Positions 28,123 to 39,955 are shown, counted from the stretch's first letter. The stretch: DNA of 64,000 bases from an uncultured Eubacteriales bacterium (GCA_900546295.1 URCK01000001.1:5988-69987); one strand, 5' to 3'. The notes: generated by a model from the sequence alone, not told the origin. Made by a program: numbers and translations.

Positions 28123-29010
28123 ATGAAACCTCTTGTCTTTACCGGCAGTGCCGTCGCCATCGTCACGCCCTTCAAGGGCGGCAAGGTGGACTTCCCCGCT
28201 TTTGACCATCTCGTTGCATGGCAGCTTCAGCAAGGCACCGACGCCATCGTTGTCTGCGGCACGACAGGCGAGGCGGCGACGCTGAACTTAGAAGAGCGCA
28301 GAGCGCTCATCGAGCGCTGCGTGCGCATCGTCGACCATCGTGTGCCCGTCATCGCGGGCAGCGGCACAAACAGCACCTCCTCTGCCGTCGCCCTCTCGCG
28401 CGCCGCGCAGGCGTCCGGCGCCGATGCGCTGCTCACCGTCACGCCATACTACAACAAATCCTCGCAAAACGGCCTTGTGCGCCATTTTTCCACCATTGCC
28501 GACGCGGTCGACATCCCGCTCATCCTCTACAACGTCCCCTCGCGCACCGGAGTAAGCTGCACGGCGCAGACCTATCAAAAGCTCGCCGCGCACCCGAACA
28601 TCGTGGGCGTCAAGGAGGCAAGCGACGACTTTGACCTCATTCAGGAGACGCTGCACCTCTGTCCGCCGGACTTTACCCTCTGGAGCGGCAACGATTCTTC
28701 CACGACCGCCATCATGGCGCTCGGCGGCAAGGGCGTCATCTCCGTCGCCGCCAACATCGTCCCGCGCGAAATGCACGAGCTGACGCAGCTCTGCCTTGCC
28801 GGACGCTTTCAGGAGGCCGCCCAGCTCCAGATCCGGCTGCACGAGTTGATCGGGGCGCTCTTCTGCGAGGTCAACCCCATCCCCGTCAAGGCAGCGATGG
28901 AAAAGCTTGGCCTTTGCGGCGGCGAGCTGCGGCTGCCGCTGTGTACGATCTCCGATCGCAATTTGCCGCGCCTCACGCGCGCGATGCAGGACTTCGGCGT
29001 CATGGTATAA
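28123..29010 (+). CDS. dapA: 4-hydroxy-tetrahydrodipicolinate synthase
   Basis: GTTGE, TPYYNK, YNVPSRTG, GVKEAS, NPIPVK. Confidence 0.93.
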   Translation: MKPLVFTGSAVAIVTPFKGGKVDFPAFDHLVAWQLQQGTDAIVVCGTTGEAATLNLEERRALIERCVRIVDHRVPVIAGSGTNSTSSAVALSRAAQASGADALLTVTPYYNKSSQNGLVRHFSTIADAVDIPLILYNVPSRTGVSCTAQTYQKLAAHPNIVGVKEASDDFDLIQETLHLCPPDFTLWSGNDSSTTAIMALGGKGVISVAANIVPREMHELTQLCLAGRFQEAAQLQIRLHELIGALFCEVNPIPVKAAMEKLGLCGGELRLPLCTISDRNLPRLTRAMQDFGVMV

Positions 29011-29014
29011 GCGG

Positions 29015-29082
29015 TATTCACGCTGCATTCATTCCGCATTCACCAGATATTCATGTGATATTCGCCATATTCGCGACATTCA
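29015..29082. repeat. Phased (Y)ATTC direct-repeat array
   Basis: ATTC at 29016, 29027, 29031, 29038, 29049, 29060, 29069, 29078. Confidence 0.6.
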
Positions 29083-29116
29083 TTTTCCGTTTTCTCGTTT
29101 GTGCATTTCGTCAAAA

Positions 29117-29152
29117 AGCAGGTCCTGCGCCGATATTGGCGCAGGACCTGCT
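29117..29152. terminator. Terminator between dapA and tyrS
   Basis: AGCAGGTCCTGCGCC-GATATT-GGCGCAGGACCTGCT with T-run on the minus strand. Confidence 0.8.
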
Positions 29153-29179
29153 GCGTTTACGCCTTGTAATCAGTCGTTC

Positions 29180-30403
29180 TCAGGCCTTCACACGATGGAA
29201 GACCTTCTTGCCCTTACGGACGATGATGCCCTCGCCCTCAAAACGCTCGCGCGCAAGGCTCTCGTCGATGGAGGCAACCTTCACGTCATCCACCGTCACA
29301 CCGCCCTGCTGCACAAGACGGCGCGCCTCGCCGCGGGACGGGCACAGGCCGGTCGTGACCAGCATGGAGAGCACGTTGATGCTGCCGTTTTCAAAGTCGG
29401 CGTCAGTGAGCACGCTCGTCGGCATGTTGGCAGAATCACCGCCCGCGCCGAAGAGCGCCTTGGCAGACTCCTCCGCCTTCTTTGCCTCCTCTTCCCCGTG
29501 GACGAGCGCGGTGAGCTCGTAGGCGAGGATCTCCTTGGCGCGGTTGAGCTGGCTGCCCTCCCACTTGTCCATCTCGTCGATCTGCTCGAGCGGCAGGAAG
29601 GTGAGCATGCGGATGCACTTCAAAACGTCGCTGTCGCCCACGTTGCGCCAGTACTGGTAGAAGTCGTAGGGAGAGGTCTTCTTCGGGTCGAGCCAGACAG
29701 CATTGCCCGCCGTCTTGCCCATCTTGTGGCCCTGTGAGTCGGTCAGCAGCGTGATGGTCATCGCGTGCGCGTCCTTGCCGAGCTTGCGGCGGATGAGCTC
29801 CGTGCCGCCGAGCATGTTGGACCACTGGTCGTCGCCGCCGAACTGCATATTGCAGCCGTAGTGCTGGAAGAGGTGGTAGAAATCGTAGGACTGCATGATC
29901 ATGTAGTTGAACTCAAGGAAGGAAAGCCCCTTCTCCATGCGCTGCTCATAGCACTTAGCGCGCAGCATGTTGTTCACAGAGAAGCACGCGCCCACCTCGC
30001 GCAGCAGCTCAATATAGTTGAGATTCAGCAGCCAGTCAGCGTTGTTGACCATGATGGCCTTGCCCTCGCCGAAGTCGATGAAACGCTCCATCTGGCGCTT
30101 GAAGCACTCCGCGTTGTGGTCAATATCCTCCTTGGTGAGCATCTTGCGCATGTCCGTGCGGCCCGAGGGGTCGCCGATCATGGTCGTGCCGCCGCCGATG
30201 AGCGCGACAGGCTGGTTGCCCGCCATCTGGAGACGCTTCATCAGCGTCAGCGCCATAAAGTGGCCGGCCGTCAGGCTGTCGGCCGTGCAGTCAAAGCCAA
30301 TGTAGAACTTGGCCTTGCCCGCGTTGACCATTTCGCGGATCTCTTCCTCATTCGTGACCTGCGCCAGCAGGCCGCGCGCCTGCAGCTCTTCGTAAATACC
30401 CAT
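29180..30403 (-). CDS. tyrS: Tyrosine--tRNA ligase
   Basis: YIGFD, QFGGDDQW, KMGKT, C-terminal S4 domain. Confidence 0.97.
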   Translation of the reverse strand: MGIYEELQARGLLAQVTNEEEIREMVNAGKAKFYIGFDCTADSLTAGHFMALTLMKRLQMAGNQPVALIGGGTTMIGDPSGRTDMRKMLTKEDIDHNAECFKRQMERFIDFGEGKAIMVNNADWLLNLNYIELLREVGACFSVNNMLRAKCYEQRMEKGLSFLEFNYMIMQSYDFYHLFQHYGCNMQFGGDDQWSNMLGGTELIRRKLGKDAHAMTITLLTDSQGHKMGKTAGNAVWLDPKKTSPYDFYQYWRNVGDSDVLKCIRMLTFLPLEQIDEMDKWEGSQLNRAKEILAYELTALVHGEEEAKKAEESAKALFGAGGDSANMPTSVLTDADFENGSINVLSMLVTTGLCPSRGEARRLVQQGGVTVDDVKVASIDESLARERFEGEGIIVRKGKKVFHRVKA

Positions 30404-30466
30404 TTTCGTTCCTCCTATGTTCATTTTCATTTGATTTTCGGACATTCCCGGGCGCTTCCGGGTAAG

Positions 30467-30735
30467 AAAAAACGCCCCCTGTCCGTTCGGACAGAGGGCG
30501 AGCATGACTCGCGGTACCACCTCTGGTTCGCCGCCTTTTCGCAAAGGCAGCCTCACGGAGTGCAGACACACTCCCGCGCGATAACGGGCGCTCCCGGGGC
30601 GCGCCTACTGGAAGAAACTTCGTTCGGGCGCCGGCTCCGCGGTGTATTTTGGCACGTTTCCTCTCCTTCTCTCACCGGCCGAAGGCTCTCTTTGCAGGAA
30701 ACTCTTGCTTACTTCTCCGCTTCATCACCGTAAAC
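30467..30735 (-). promoter_or_regulatory. T-box riboswitch, Tyr specifier
   Basis: Stem I AGAGA/GGTGAGA motifs; specifier TAC (30644-30646); AGAGGTGGTACCGCG antiterminator; terminator with T-run. Confidence 0.92.
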
Positions 30736-30766
30736 GCAATTATTGTACCGAAAAGGCTCACGCTTG

Positions 30767-31714
30767 TCAAGCCTTTTGCGGATGGTAGTTCATAATGAGC
30801 CTGCAAAGCCCTTCGCGCAGAAGGGCAATGTTCTCTTCGTCGATCTCTCCCGTGCCGCGCGGCAGGATGCAGCGGCCGAAGCCCGCGACCTTCTTGCAGG
30901 CGCACACGGCCGTGCTGTGCGGAAAAGCCCTGTTGTCCGACGGGAAAATGATCTGACCGTCCGTCTTTAAAAAGCAGGTCTTCTTTTCGCCGTTGACGAA
31001 ATTCCCGTTGATGGCATCGAGCAGGTCGCCGTCCCAGCGCGTCGCCTTGCTCGGCAGCACCAGCAGCTCGTCCCCCTCGCCCACGCAGTCGACGACGAAG
31101 ACCGGCTTCTCCTTGAGGCACGGGTACGCGCGGCGCAGGCGCTTTGCGCCCTTGCCCGTCTGCGCGCCGCCATCGAGGAAGAGGAAGCAGGCCTCGCCGC
31201 GGTAGCGCGGCGTCAGCGTCTTTGCGACCTCGAGCAGCGTCACGACGCCGGAGGTGTTGGCGTTGCGGTTGTTCTTTTCGTCAGGGCCGTACTTCGGATA
31301 AAAAAGCGCCACGACCAGAAGCAGCAGAAAAAGCGGCAGCATCATGCCCGGCAGATTCAGTGGAAACGTCACGGCAAGGGAGAGCAAAAAGCTCCCCGCC
31401 ACCATCAAAAGCGGATAAAGCGCCTGATAGAGCAGGAACGTCAGCGGCCGCGTCGGGCAGATGAGCGGCGGCAGGAGTTCCCGCACGCCCGTGTCGTAAT
31501 GCGCCGCAAGAACGATCTTCGCCTTGTCGATATCGCCCACGACCACATTCGTCATGCTGCCGCCCGCGGCAAGCACGCTCTCCCCGCTCTCAAGCTTCGG
31601 CGTGTAGCCGAGCTCCTTGAACGTGTGGACGAGCCATGTGCGAAACTCCATTTTTTCTTTTTCCTTGCGGCGCAGCGGAAAATCCCGCTCGATGCGCGCA
31701 GCAAACTCATTCAT
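30767..31714 (-). CDS. M28-family membrane peptidase-like protein (metal ligands look degenerate)
   Basis: LAAHYDT, two TMs, NANTSGV, DCVGEGD, FPSD. Confidence 0.7.
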   Translation of the reverse strand: MNEFAARIERDFPLRRKEKEKMEFRTWLVHTFKELGYTPKLESGESVLAAGGSMTNVVVGDIDKAKIVLAAHYDTGVRELLPPLICPTRPLTFLLYQALYPLLMVAGSFLLSLAVTFPLNLPGMMLPLFLLLLVVALFYPKYGPDEKNNRNANTSGVVTLLEVAKTLTPRYRGEACFLFLDGGAQTGKGAKRLRRAYPCLKEKPVFVVDCVGEGDELLVLPSKATRWDGDLLDAINGNFVNGEKKTCFLKTDGQIIFPSDNRAFPHSTAVCACKKVAGFGRCILPRGTGEIDEENIALLREGLCRLIMNYHPQKA

Positions 31715-31775
31715 GCCGTTTTTCCTTTCCCCAAGAGCGTTCAAAAGCCATCCTTATCTTGCAAGTAGTTTTGCT

Positions 31776-33461
<1,686 letters not shown>

Positions 33462-33488
33462 CGCTCATTCTCCTGCAAAGCGTTTTTC

Positions 33489-33956
33489 TTACTTGGTCTG
33501 GCGCTGTCTCTGCATCTCTTCGATCTCGCCGCACAGCTCGGCGGCGGACTCGTTCTCGCGCATCACGACGAGCACCGTGTCGTCGCCGGCCACGGTGCCA
33601 ACCTTGGACGAAACGTCCATACCGTCAAAAGCCGCGCCCGCCGCGGGACCAAGGCCCGGCATCGTCTTGATGAGCACCAGATTCTGCGCGCAGTCGACCG
33701 AAATGATGCTCTCGCGCAGGATCGTCTGCAAGCGGTCGGCAAGGTTGAGCTTCACCTTCTGTGCGGACACGGCATAGCGGTAAGTACCGTTGCCGGTCGG
33801 CTCCTTGATCAGATGCAGCTGCTTGATATCGCGGGAGATCGTCGCCTGTGTGCAGGAAATGCCCTCCTGACGCAGACTGTCGATCAACTGCTCCTGCGTT
33901 TCGATCGCCGAGGCGGCAATGATCGCAAGGATCTTCTCCTGTCTCTCATTCTTCAT
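33489..33956 (-). CDS. argR: Arginine repressor
   Basis: TQATISRDI, GTVAGDDT. Confidence 0.95.
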   Translation of the reverse strand: MKNERQEKILAIIAASAIETQEQLIDSLRQEGISCTQATISRDIKQLHLIKEPTGNGTYRYAVSAQKVKLNLADRLQTILRESIISVDCAQNLVLIKTMPGLGPAAGAAFDGMDVSSKVGTVAGDDTVLVVMRENESAAELCGEIEEMQRQRQTK

Positions 33957-34827
33957 TGCTGAGTCCTCCCATCAACATTTTCTTTTGTAGAATTTCGCAA
34001 AAGCTTCGTTTGGTCAGCCGGACCAGTTTGGTGTCAAATTTGGAGCGGCGCACCTCCACGCAGTCTCCGCTGCGCAGGGAAAAGGCGCGTCCGCCGTCCA
34101 CGCTCAAAAGCACAGGCTTATAGCTGTTTTTCTCCGTCTGCACGGTGATGACCCGCTCGGACGAGAGTACATAGGCGTTGGCGTGCACACTGTGGGCGCA
34201 GATGGGCGAAACGATGAAATTCCGCGCCGTCGGCTCCACGACCGGCCCGCCCGCCGAGAGTGAATACGCCGTCGACCCCGTGGGGCTTGCAACGATGACG
34301 CCGTCGCCCGCAATATCCACAAGCTTGCCCTGTTCGGTGGATATCTTCAGCCGAATCACACGCGAGACGTTGCCGCGTGCGATGAGCGCCTCGTTGAGGG
34401 CAAGGTTCGAGTAAATCACGCGCCCGTCGCGCAGCACATTCACATCGAGCATCATGCGGCTTTCCACATCGTACTTTCCGTTGCACAGATCTCGCAGGCG
34501 CGCGAGGTCCTTGCTTTCAAGCTCGGCCATAAAGCCGAGACTGCCAAGGTTCACGCCCAGCACCGGAACATCCCGGTGCGCCGCCGTTTTGGAAAGGTGG
34601 AGGATCGTTCCGTCGCCGCCGAAGGCGACGATCAGATCCGCCCCGCGCAGCTCCTGCTGCAGCGGTTCGATCGCCAGCCCGAAGCCCTCGATCTTTTCCT
34701 GGTTGCGGAACGGCAGGCACACTACATTCGGGCAGCCCGCTTCGTCAAGCACGCGCTTGGCTTCCCTGGCGACGCGAAGCTGCGCATCGCGGTAGGGATT
34801 GGGGCATAAGATGACCTTTTTCAGCAT
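33946..34827 (-). CDS. nadK: NAD kinase
   Basis: GGDGT, ALNE, PTGSTAYSLSAGGP. Confidence 0.95.
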   Translation of the reverse strand: MLKKVILCPNPYRDAQLRVAREAKRVLDEAGCPNVVCLPFRNQEKIEGFGLAIEPLQQELRGADLIVAFGGDGTILHLSKTAAHRDVPVLGVNLGSLGFMAELESKDLARLRDLCNGKYDVESRMMLDVNVLRDGRVIYSNLALNEALIARGNVSRVIRLKISTEQGKLVDIAGDGVIVASPTGSTAYSLSAGGPVVEPTARNFIVSPICAHSVHANAYVLSSERVITVQTEKNSYKPVLLSVDGGRAFSLRSGDCVEVRRSKFDTKLVRLTKRSFCEILQKKMLMGGLSNEE

Positions 34828-35645
34828 CCCGCGCCCTCCTTCCCGTGGTCGAGCGCCGCGTGCGACTGCTCGACAAGGCCTTTTAGGTCGAAGGTCTTCT
34901 CCTCCCACTCGCCGCTTTCAAGATAGCCGAGGTATTCGATGTTCCCCTCAGGGCCGCGGATGGGCGAGAAAGTAATATCAAGTACTGTAAAGCCAGATTC
35001 CTTTGCATGGTTTAAAAAGTGCTCCAGCACCTCCAGATGCACGGCCGGGTCGCGGACGACGCCCTTTTTCCCCACCTTTTCGCGCCCCGCTTCAAACTGG
35101 GGCTTGATGAGGCAGGCAACGTGTCCGCCCGCTTTCAGCACGCGGTGAACCGCGGGCAAAATAAGCTTGAGCGAGATGAAGGAAACGTCGATGCTCGCAA
35201 AATCCAGCTCGTCGGGGATCTGCTCGTGGTCAAGATAGCGCGCGTTCGTGCGCTCCATGCACACCACGCGCTCGTCCGATCTGAGCTTCCAGTCGAGCTG
35301 GCCGTAACCAACGTCAACGGAGTAGACCTTCACCGCGCCGTTTTGCAGCATACAGTCGGTAAAGCCGCCGGTCGAGGCGCCGATGTCGGCGCAGATACAG
35401 CCGCCGAGCTTGAGGCCAAAGGTCATCATCGCCTTTTCAAGCTTGAGTCCCCCGCGGCTGACATAGCGCAGGGTATTGCCGCGCACCTCGATCTGTGCGT
35501 CGTTGGGAATGGCGGTGCCCGCCTTGTCCACGCGCTGCCCGTCCACAAAGACAAGCCCGCTCATGATCATCGCCTGCGCGCGCTGGCGGGTCTGCTCCAA
35601 TCCACGTTCTACGAGCAGCACGTCCAATCTTGTCTTATTGCTCAT
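34821..35645 (-). CDS. tlyA: TlyA family rRNA methyltransferase
   Basis: YVSRGGLKL, DIGASTGGFT, LIKPQFE. Confidence 0.95.
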   Translation of the reverse strand: MSNKTRLDVLLVERGLEQTRQRAQAMIMSGLVFVDGQRVDKAGTAIPNDAQIEVRGNTLRYVSRGGLKLEKAMMTFGLKLGGCICADIGASTGGFTDCMLQNGAVKVYSVDVGYGQLDWKLRSDERVVCMERTNARYLDHEQIPDELDFASIDVSFISLKLILPAVHRVLKAGGHVACLIKPQFEAGREKVGKKGVVRDPAVHLEVLEHFLNHAKESGFTVLDITFSPIRGPEGNIEYLGYLESGEWEEKTFDLKGLVEQSHAALDHGKEGAGC

Positions 35646-37489
35646 CGCAGCACCTCCGCAGCTTTTTTCGCAAGCGACTCCGCGTCCAGTCCAAATTCAC
35701 GCTGCAATTCCCCGCCCGTTCCCTGCGCGGGGAACACCTTGCCGAGATTGCACAGCTCCAGCCGTTCCGGCGCGATGCGGTTCCATTCGAGGATGGCGGC
35801 CATGCGCTGGCCCATACAGCCGACGCCCGCGCACTCCTCCGCCACCAGCAGTACCCTCGTCCTGCCGACGATCTCGCGCATATCGCGGTCGTAAAGCGGC
35901 GAGATCGCATTGATCTTCACAACGCGTGCCGAGATCCCCTGCTCTTTAAGAAGCTCCGCCGCCTCGAGCACGTTGTTGATCATCATACCGTAGGCGCAGA
36001 GGGTGATATCCGCCCCCTCGCGCAGCTCAACGAGGTTCTGCCGCCCGCTGTCGGCCTTGTACGCCCCCTCGCCGCCGCGCGGATAGCGGATGGCGACAGA
36101 ACCCTTGATCTCATTCACCGCACGGTCGAGCATTGTGCGCAGCTCTGCAAAGTTCGACGGACAGAGCACCGTCATATTCGGGATCTCCGAGAGGAAGGCC
36201 GCATCGAAAATGCCATGGTGTGTCTCCCCGTCCGCGCCGACCATGCCAGCGCGGTCGACTGCGAAGACCACGTGCAGGTTCAAAAGCGCCGCATCGTGGA
36301 TGATCTGGTCGTAGGCGCGCTGCAAAAAGCTCGAATAGATCGCAACGACCGGCGTGAGCCCCTGCTTGGCCATGCCCGCAGCCATCGCCACAGCATGGCC
36401 CTCGGCGATGCCGACGTCGAAAAATCGGTCGGGATACTGCTCGGAAAAATCATGCAGGCCCGTCCCGTCGCGCATCGCGGCGGTGATGGCGCAGATCGTT
36501 TCATTCTCCTTTGCCAGCCTGCACAGCTCCGAACCGAAGACGGCGGAAAAGTCCGGCGCCTTCTCGCGCGGCACGCCCATGCGCGGGTCAAACTTGCCGA
36601 CGCCGTGATAGCGCTCCGGCTCGCGCTCAGCGGGCAGATAGCCTCTGCCCTTTTGCGTATGCACATGCACGAGCACGGGGCATTTGAGCTCTTTTGCCCA
36701 CCTGAGCGTATTGGAGAGCTGCCCCACATCGTGCCCGTTCACGGGGCCGAGGTAGGTAAAGCCCATGTCCTCAAACATCGTCGAGTTCGGCAGCAACGCC
36801 TTTTTTACATTTGTTTTGAGGTGGTGGTTGAAATCATAGACCGCGCGGCCGAGGGCGTTGCGGTCGAGCACGTCGCGATAGGCCTTTTTGAATTCGTAAT
36901 AGGCGGGCTTCGAGCGCAGCAGGCCCAGATGCTCGCTCACCGCGCCGACGTTGCCGTCGATGGACATGCCGTTGTCGTTCAGGATGACGATCAGCGGCTC
37001 ACCGCTCGCGCCCGCATTGTTCAGCCCCTCGTAGGCAAGGCCGCCGGAAAGCGCGCCGTCGCCGATGAGCGCGAGCACGGAATAATCCTGATGCTGCAAG
37101 GTCCTTGCCCGCGCCATGCCGAGCGCGACAGACACGGAGTTTGAAGCATGACCCGCGATGAAGGCGTCATGCTCGCTCTCGTGCGGCTTGGGAAAGCCGG
37201 AGAGTCCCTTGTATTGTCGCAGCGTCTGGAATTGTTCACGCCGCCCGGTCAGGATTTTATGTGGGTAGCACTGGTGTCCCACGTCGAAAATGAGCCGGTC
37301 GCGCGAGGTGTCGAACACGCGATGGATGGCCACCGTCAGTTCGACCGCGCCAAGGTTCGAGGCGAGATGTCCGCCCGTTTTCGAAACGCTTTTCAGCAAA
37401 AATTCACGCAGCTCTGTACAAAGAAGCTGCGTTTGCGGTTCATTCAGGGTTTTGATATCGTTTGGATCATGGATCGTTTCAAGAATCAA
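35642..37489 (-). CDS. dxs: 1-deoxy-D-xylulose-5-phosphate synthase
   Basis: GGHLASNLG, DVGHQ, GDGA..NDN, DRAG..GADGETH. Confidence 0.97.
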   Translation of the reverse strand: MILETIHDPNDIKTLNEPQTQLLCTELREFLLKSVSKTGGHLASNLGAVELTVAIHRVFDTSRDRLIFDVGHQCYPHKILTGRREQFQTLRQYKGLSGFPKPHESEHDAFIAGHASNSVSVALGMARARTLQHQDYSVLALIGDGALSGGLAYEGLNNAGASGEPLIVILNDNGMSIDGNVGAVSEHLGLLRSKPAYYEFKKAYRDVLDRNALGRAVYDFNHHLKTNVKKALLPNSTMFEDMGFTYLGPVNGHDVGQLSNTLRWAKELKCPVLVHVHTQKGRGYLPAEREPERYHGVGKFDPRMGVPREKAPDFSAVFGSELCRLAKENETICAITAAMRDGTGLHDFSEQYPDRFFDVGIAEGHAVAMAAGMAKQGLTPVVAIYSSFLQRAYDQIIHDAALLNLHVVFAVDRAGMVGADGETHHGIFDAAFLSEIPNMTVLCPSNFAELRTMLDRAVNEIKGSVAIRYPRGGEGAYKADSGRQNLVELREGADITLCAYGMMINNVLEAAELLKEQGISARVVKINAISPLYDRDMREIVGRTRVLLVAEECAGVGCMGQRMAAILEWNRIAPERLELCNLGKVFPAQGTGGELQREFGLDAESLAKKAAEVLR

Positions 37490-37504
37490 AGCTATTGTCC
37501 TTCT

Positions 37505-38071
37505 TTATCTGCCAAGATGCAGCACCGACAGCAGCCTTGCCGCCAGGTAGATGACATCCTTGCTCTTTTTCATTGCGATTTTTTTACCGATGGCCTTGCC
37601 GCCGATGGTCAGGCCCGAGATGAGCGCTGTCACCACGGTCGATACGACGATGCTGCGCCAGCCGAAGCTCTGCTGCAGCAGCACGACAATGACCGTCGCA
37701 GTTGAGCCGCTGACGATGCCGCAGATATCGCCGACCACGTCGTTGCAGAACGAAGCGACCTTTTCCGCGTTGCGGATGAGGTTCAGTGCCTCCTTCGCGC
37801 CCTTGACGCGGTGCGCCGCCATCGAGTTGAACGGTTTGGGATTCGCCGCCGTCACAGCAACGCCGATGATATCGAACAGGATGCCGAGCAGGATAAACAG
37901 CAGCAAAATGAGCGTTGCGACCAGATAGCCCGCATCCTCAAGCAGCGCGCCGGAACACAGGCTCATCGCGGCGGAGAGGGATACGGCGATCAAAAACACA
38001 CGGACGACCCAGCGCGTATGGCTCGGCGTCTTGTCCGTCTTCTTGGGCTTTCGGTCTTCTTCGTTTTCCAC
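37505..38071 (-). CDS. oapA: OLE-associated protein A (DUF21/CNNM-like membrane protein)
   Basis: Multi-TM protein with FDIIGVA and CNDVVGDICGIVSG (DxxxD) motifs; immediately downstream of OLE RNA and upstream of dxs. Confidence 0.88.
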   Translation of the reverse strand: MENEEDRKPKKTDKTPSHTRWVVRVFLIAVSLSAAMSLCSGALLEDAGYLVATLILLLFILLGILFDIIGVAVTAANPKPFNSMAAHRVKGAKEALNLIRNAEKVASFCNDVVGDICGIVSGSTATVIVVLLQQSFGWRSIVVSTVVTALISGLTIGGKAIGKKIAMKKSKDVIYLAARLLSVLHLGR

Positions 38072-38107
38072 GTTTCTCTTATCTCCGTCAATGTTGTTTT
38101 TTAGATG

Positions 38108-38759
38108 TGCTAATCAGCGGCAGCAGCAAAAGGTAATCCTGCGGCATAGGTCGGGTTGGCTTTCCCTGCGGCGCACCTCCCGTTGCCGATAGAGGCGGTT
38201 CCCCTTTAAGCACCGCACCCCGTTGTCACCATACGGGGTACCCGATTGCCACTTAGTCCGCACTGTAACCCTCTCGCTGCCCTTGCGACAGCCTAGGTGA
38301 TTTCCACCCCGGAGTCAAGCCGTTTCTTATCCTCTTTTGCAGGAAAAATTTCAAGGAGCGATCGCACCTCGCTCTTGGCCAGAGGTCTGTGCGTTGTTCT
38401 CCTATCCGAATTCCCCACGCAAGGCAGGCTACACTGCACACAGCGTTCGCGGCACAAAGGCCGGGTAGCACCGCAATGCAGGTTCATATCCTGTCCCGTA
38501 CCAAAGTCGATACCCGAAGTGGGAGTCCGCTTCGGCACAGCAACAGGTCTCCGCAGAAACAGGGTCGGTTCCCCTATGCCATTAGGGGTCGCCCGGAGTC
38601 CGCAGGCGCAGCTCTCGCTTTTGCCTCCCTTCAGCACCCACCCCAAACTGGGCGTAAGAAGCAGGCACCAAAGGCTTCACAGTTGTGCCCTTTAAAGGAT
38701 TTTTAGGCCCTTCTTAGGAAACGGCAGATCCGACTAGGATACTGCGCCGCTGTTTAGCA
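38108..38759 (-). ncRNA. ole: OLE (ornate large extremophilic) RNA, ~650 nt
   Basis: Terminal pairing TGCTAAACAGCGGC/GCCGCTGATTAGCA; 5' GGGCCTAAAAATCC..AAAGGGCAC..GAAG segment as recalled for OLE; canonical oapA-dxs-tlyA-nadK-argR-recN context; no credible ORF. Confidence 0.9.
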
Positions 38760-38765
38760 GGGTCT

Positions 38766-38794
38766 ATTATACACCAGTCAAAATGAATATGCAA
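38766..38794 (-). promoter_or_regulatory. Sigma-A promoter of the ole operon
   Basis: TTGCAT-N17-TATAAT ending 7 nt before the RNA 5' stem. Confidence 0.75.
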
Positions 38795-38877
38795 GGCATT
38801 CAGGATAATATTCATATTAGAAAACTGTTAATTTTTTATTTCCAAAGGATTTTGTCCGCCATTAATGTACAACTGCG

Positions 38878-38919
38878 CGCAAAAAAGAGGTCTGACATTC
38901 GTCAGACCTCTTTTTTGCG
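38878..38919 (-). terminator. rpsB-tsf terminator
   Basis: CGCAAAAAAGAGGTCTGAC-ATTC-GTCAGACCTCTTTTTTGCG. Confidence 0.85.
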
Positions 38920-38942
38920 TTTATTTGCAGTGGAGGGGAAGC

Positions 38943-39860
38943 TTACTTCTTGCCGCCGACCATGGAAGCGATCTCAGCCGCAAAGTCCTCCTGCTTCTTC
39001 TCGATGCCCTCGCCCTTTTCGAAGCGAACAGCAGTGTTGAAGCTGACCTTGCCGCCCAGCGCCTTGGCAGCGTTGTTCATATACTGCTCGACAGAGACGT
39101 CGCCGTCCTTGACGAAGGCCTGCTGGAGCAGGCAGTTCTCGGCATAGAACTTGTTGAGCTTGCCCATGACGATCTTTTCCTTGACCTGCTCGGGCTTGCC
39201 GGCCATCTTCGGATCGTTGGCCATCTGGCCGAGGAGGACTTCCTTCTCCTCGTCGAGAACGTCCTGCGTGACCTGGCTCTTGTCCCAGAAGCGGGGGTTG
39301 AGCGCGGCGATCTGCATGGCGATGTCCTTGCCGATCTCGGTGGCGTCGCAGCCCTCGACGGTCAGGTTGACGATAACGCCGATCTTACCCTTCATGTGGA
39401 CATAGGGGACGGAGAAGCCGTCGGCAATGCGGGCGAAGCGGCGGATGCTCATGTTCTCGCGGATGGCGAGGAACAGCTCGTCCTTCGCATCCTTGACGGT
39501 GCCGTTGCCGGTGACCCAGGGGCAGCCCATGAGCGCGTCGACGTCAGCGGGGTTCTCCTTGGCGACGACAGCAGCCACGCCCTTGACAAAGTTGTTGAAC
39601 GGCTCGCCGTTGGCAACGAAGTCGGTCTCGCAGTTGACCTCGACCACAACGCCGACACCGTCGATGACGGCGGCGTAAGCCATGCCCTCAGCAGCCACGC
39701 GGCTGGCCTTCTTCGCCTGAGAGGCGAGGCCCTTTTCGCGCAGATACATGACGGCCTTTTCCATATCGCCCTCGCACTCGATGAGGGCCTTCTTGCAGTC
39801 CATCAGGCCGCAACCGGTGGCCTGGCGGAGCTCGTTAACAACAGCAGCAGTGATAGCCAT
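38943..39860 (-). CDS. tsf: Elongation factor Ts
   Basis: ELRQATGCGLMDCKKAL, EVNCETDFVA. Confidence 0.97.
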   Translation of the reverse strand: MAITAAVVNELRQATGCGLMDCKKALIECEGDMEKAVMYLREKGLASQAKKASRVAAEGMAYAAVIDGVGVVVEVNCETDFVANGEPFNNFVKGVAAVVAKENPADVDALMGCPWVTGNGTVKDAKDELFLAIRENMSIRRFARIADGFSVPYVHMKGKIGVIVNLTVEGCDATEIGKDIAMQIAALNPRFWDKSQVTQDVLDEEKEVLLGQMANDPKMAGKPEQVKEKIVMGKLNKFYAENCLLQQAFVKDGDVSVEQYMNNAAKALGGKVSFNTAVRFEKGEGIEKKQEDFAAEIASMVGGKK

Positions 39861-39955
39861 TCTGATATCCTCCTGAAAAATAGTGTAGTAAAAATGAGAC
39901 GGGACGAGGCTTTGCCTCGCCCCGTAAGGTGTTTCTGGTCGTTCCGAGCGGAAAC

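Noticed and set aside
38253..38706. Short ORFs in the 38.1-38.8 kb gap
   Set aside because: No RBS or family motifs; the region is explained by OLE RNA.
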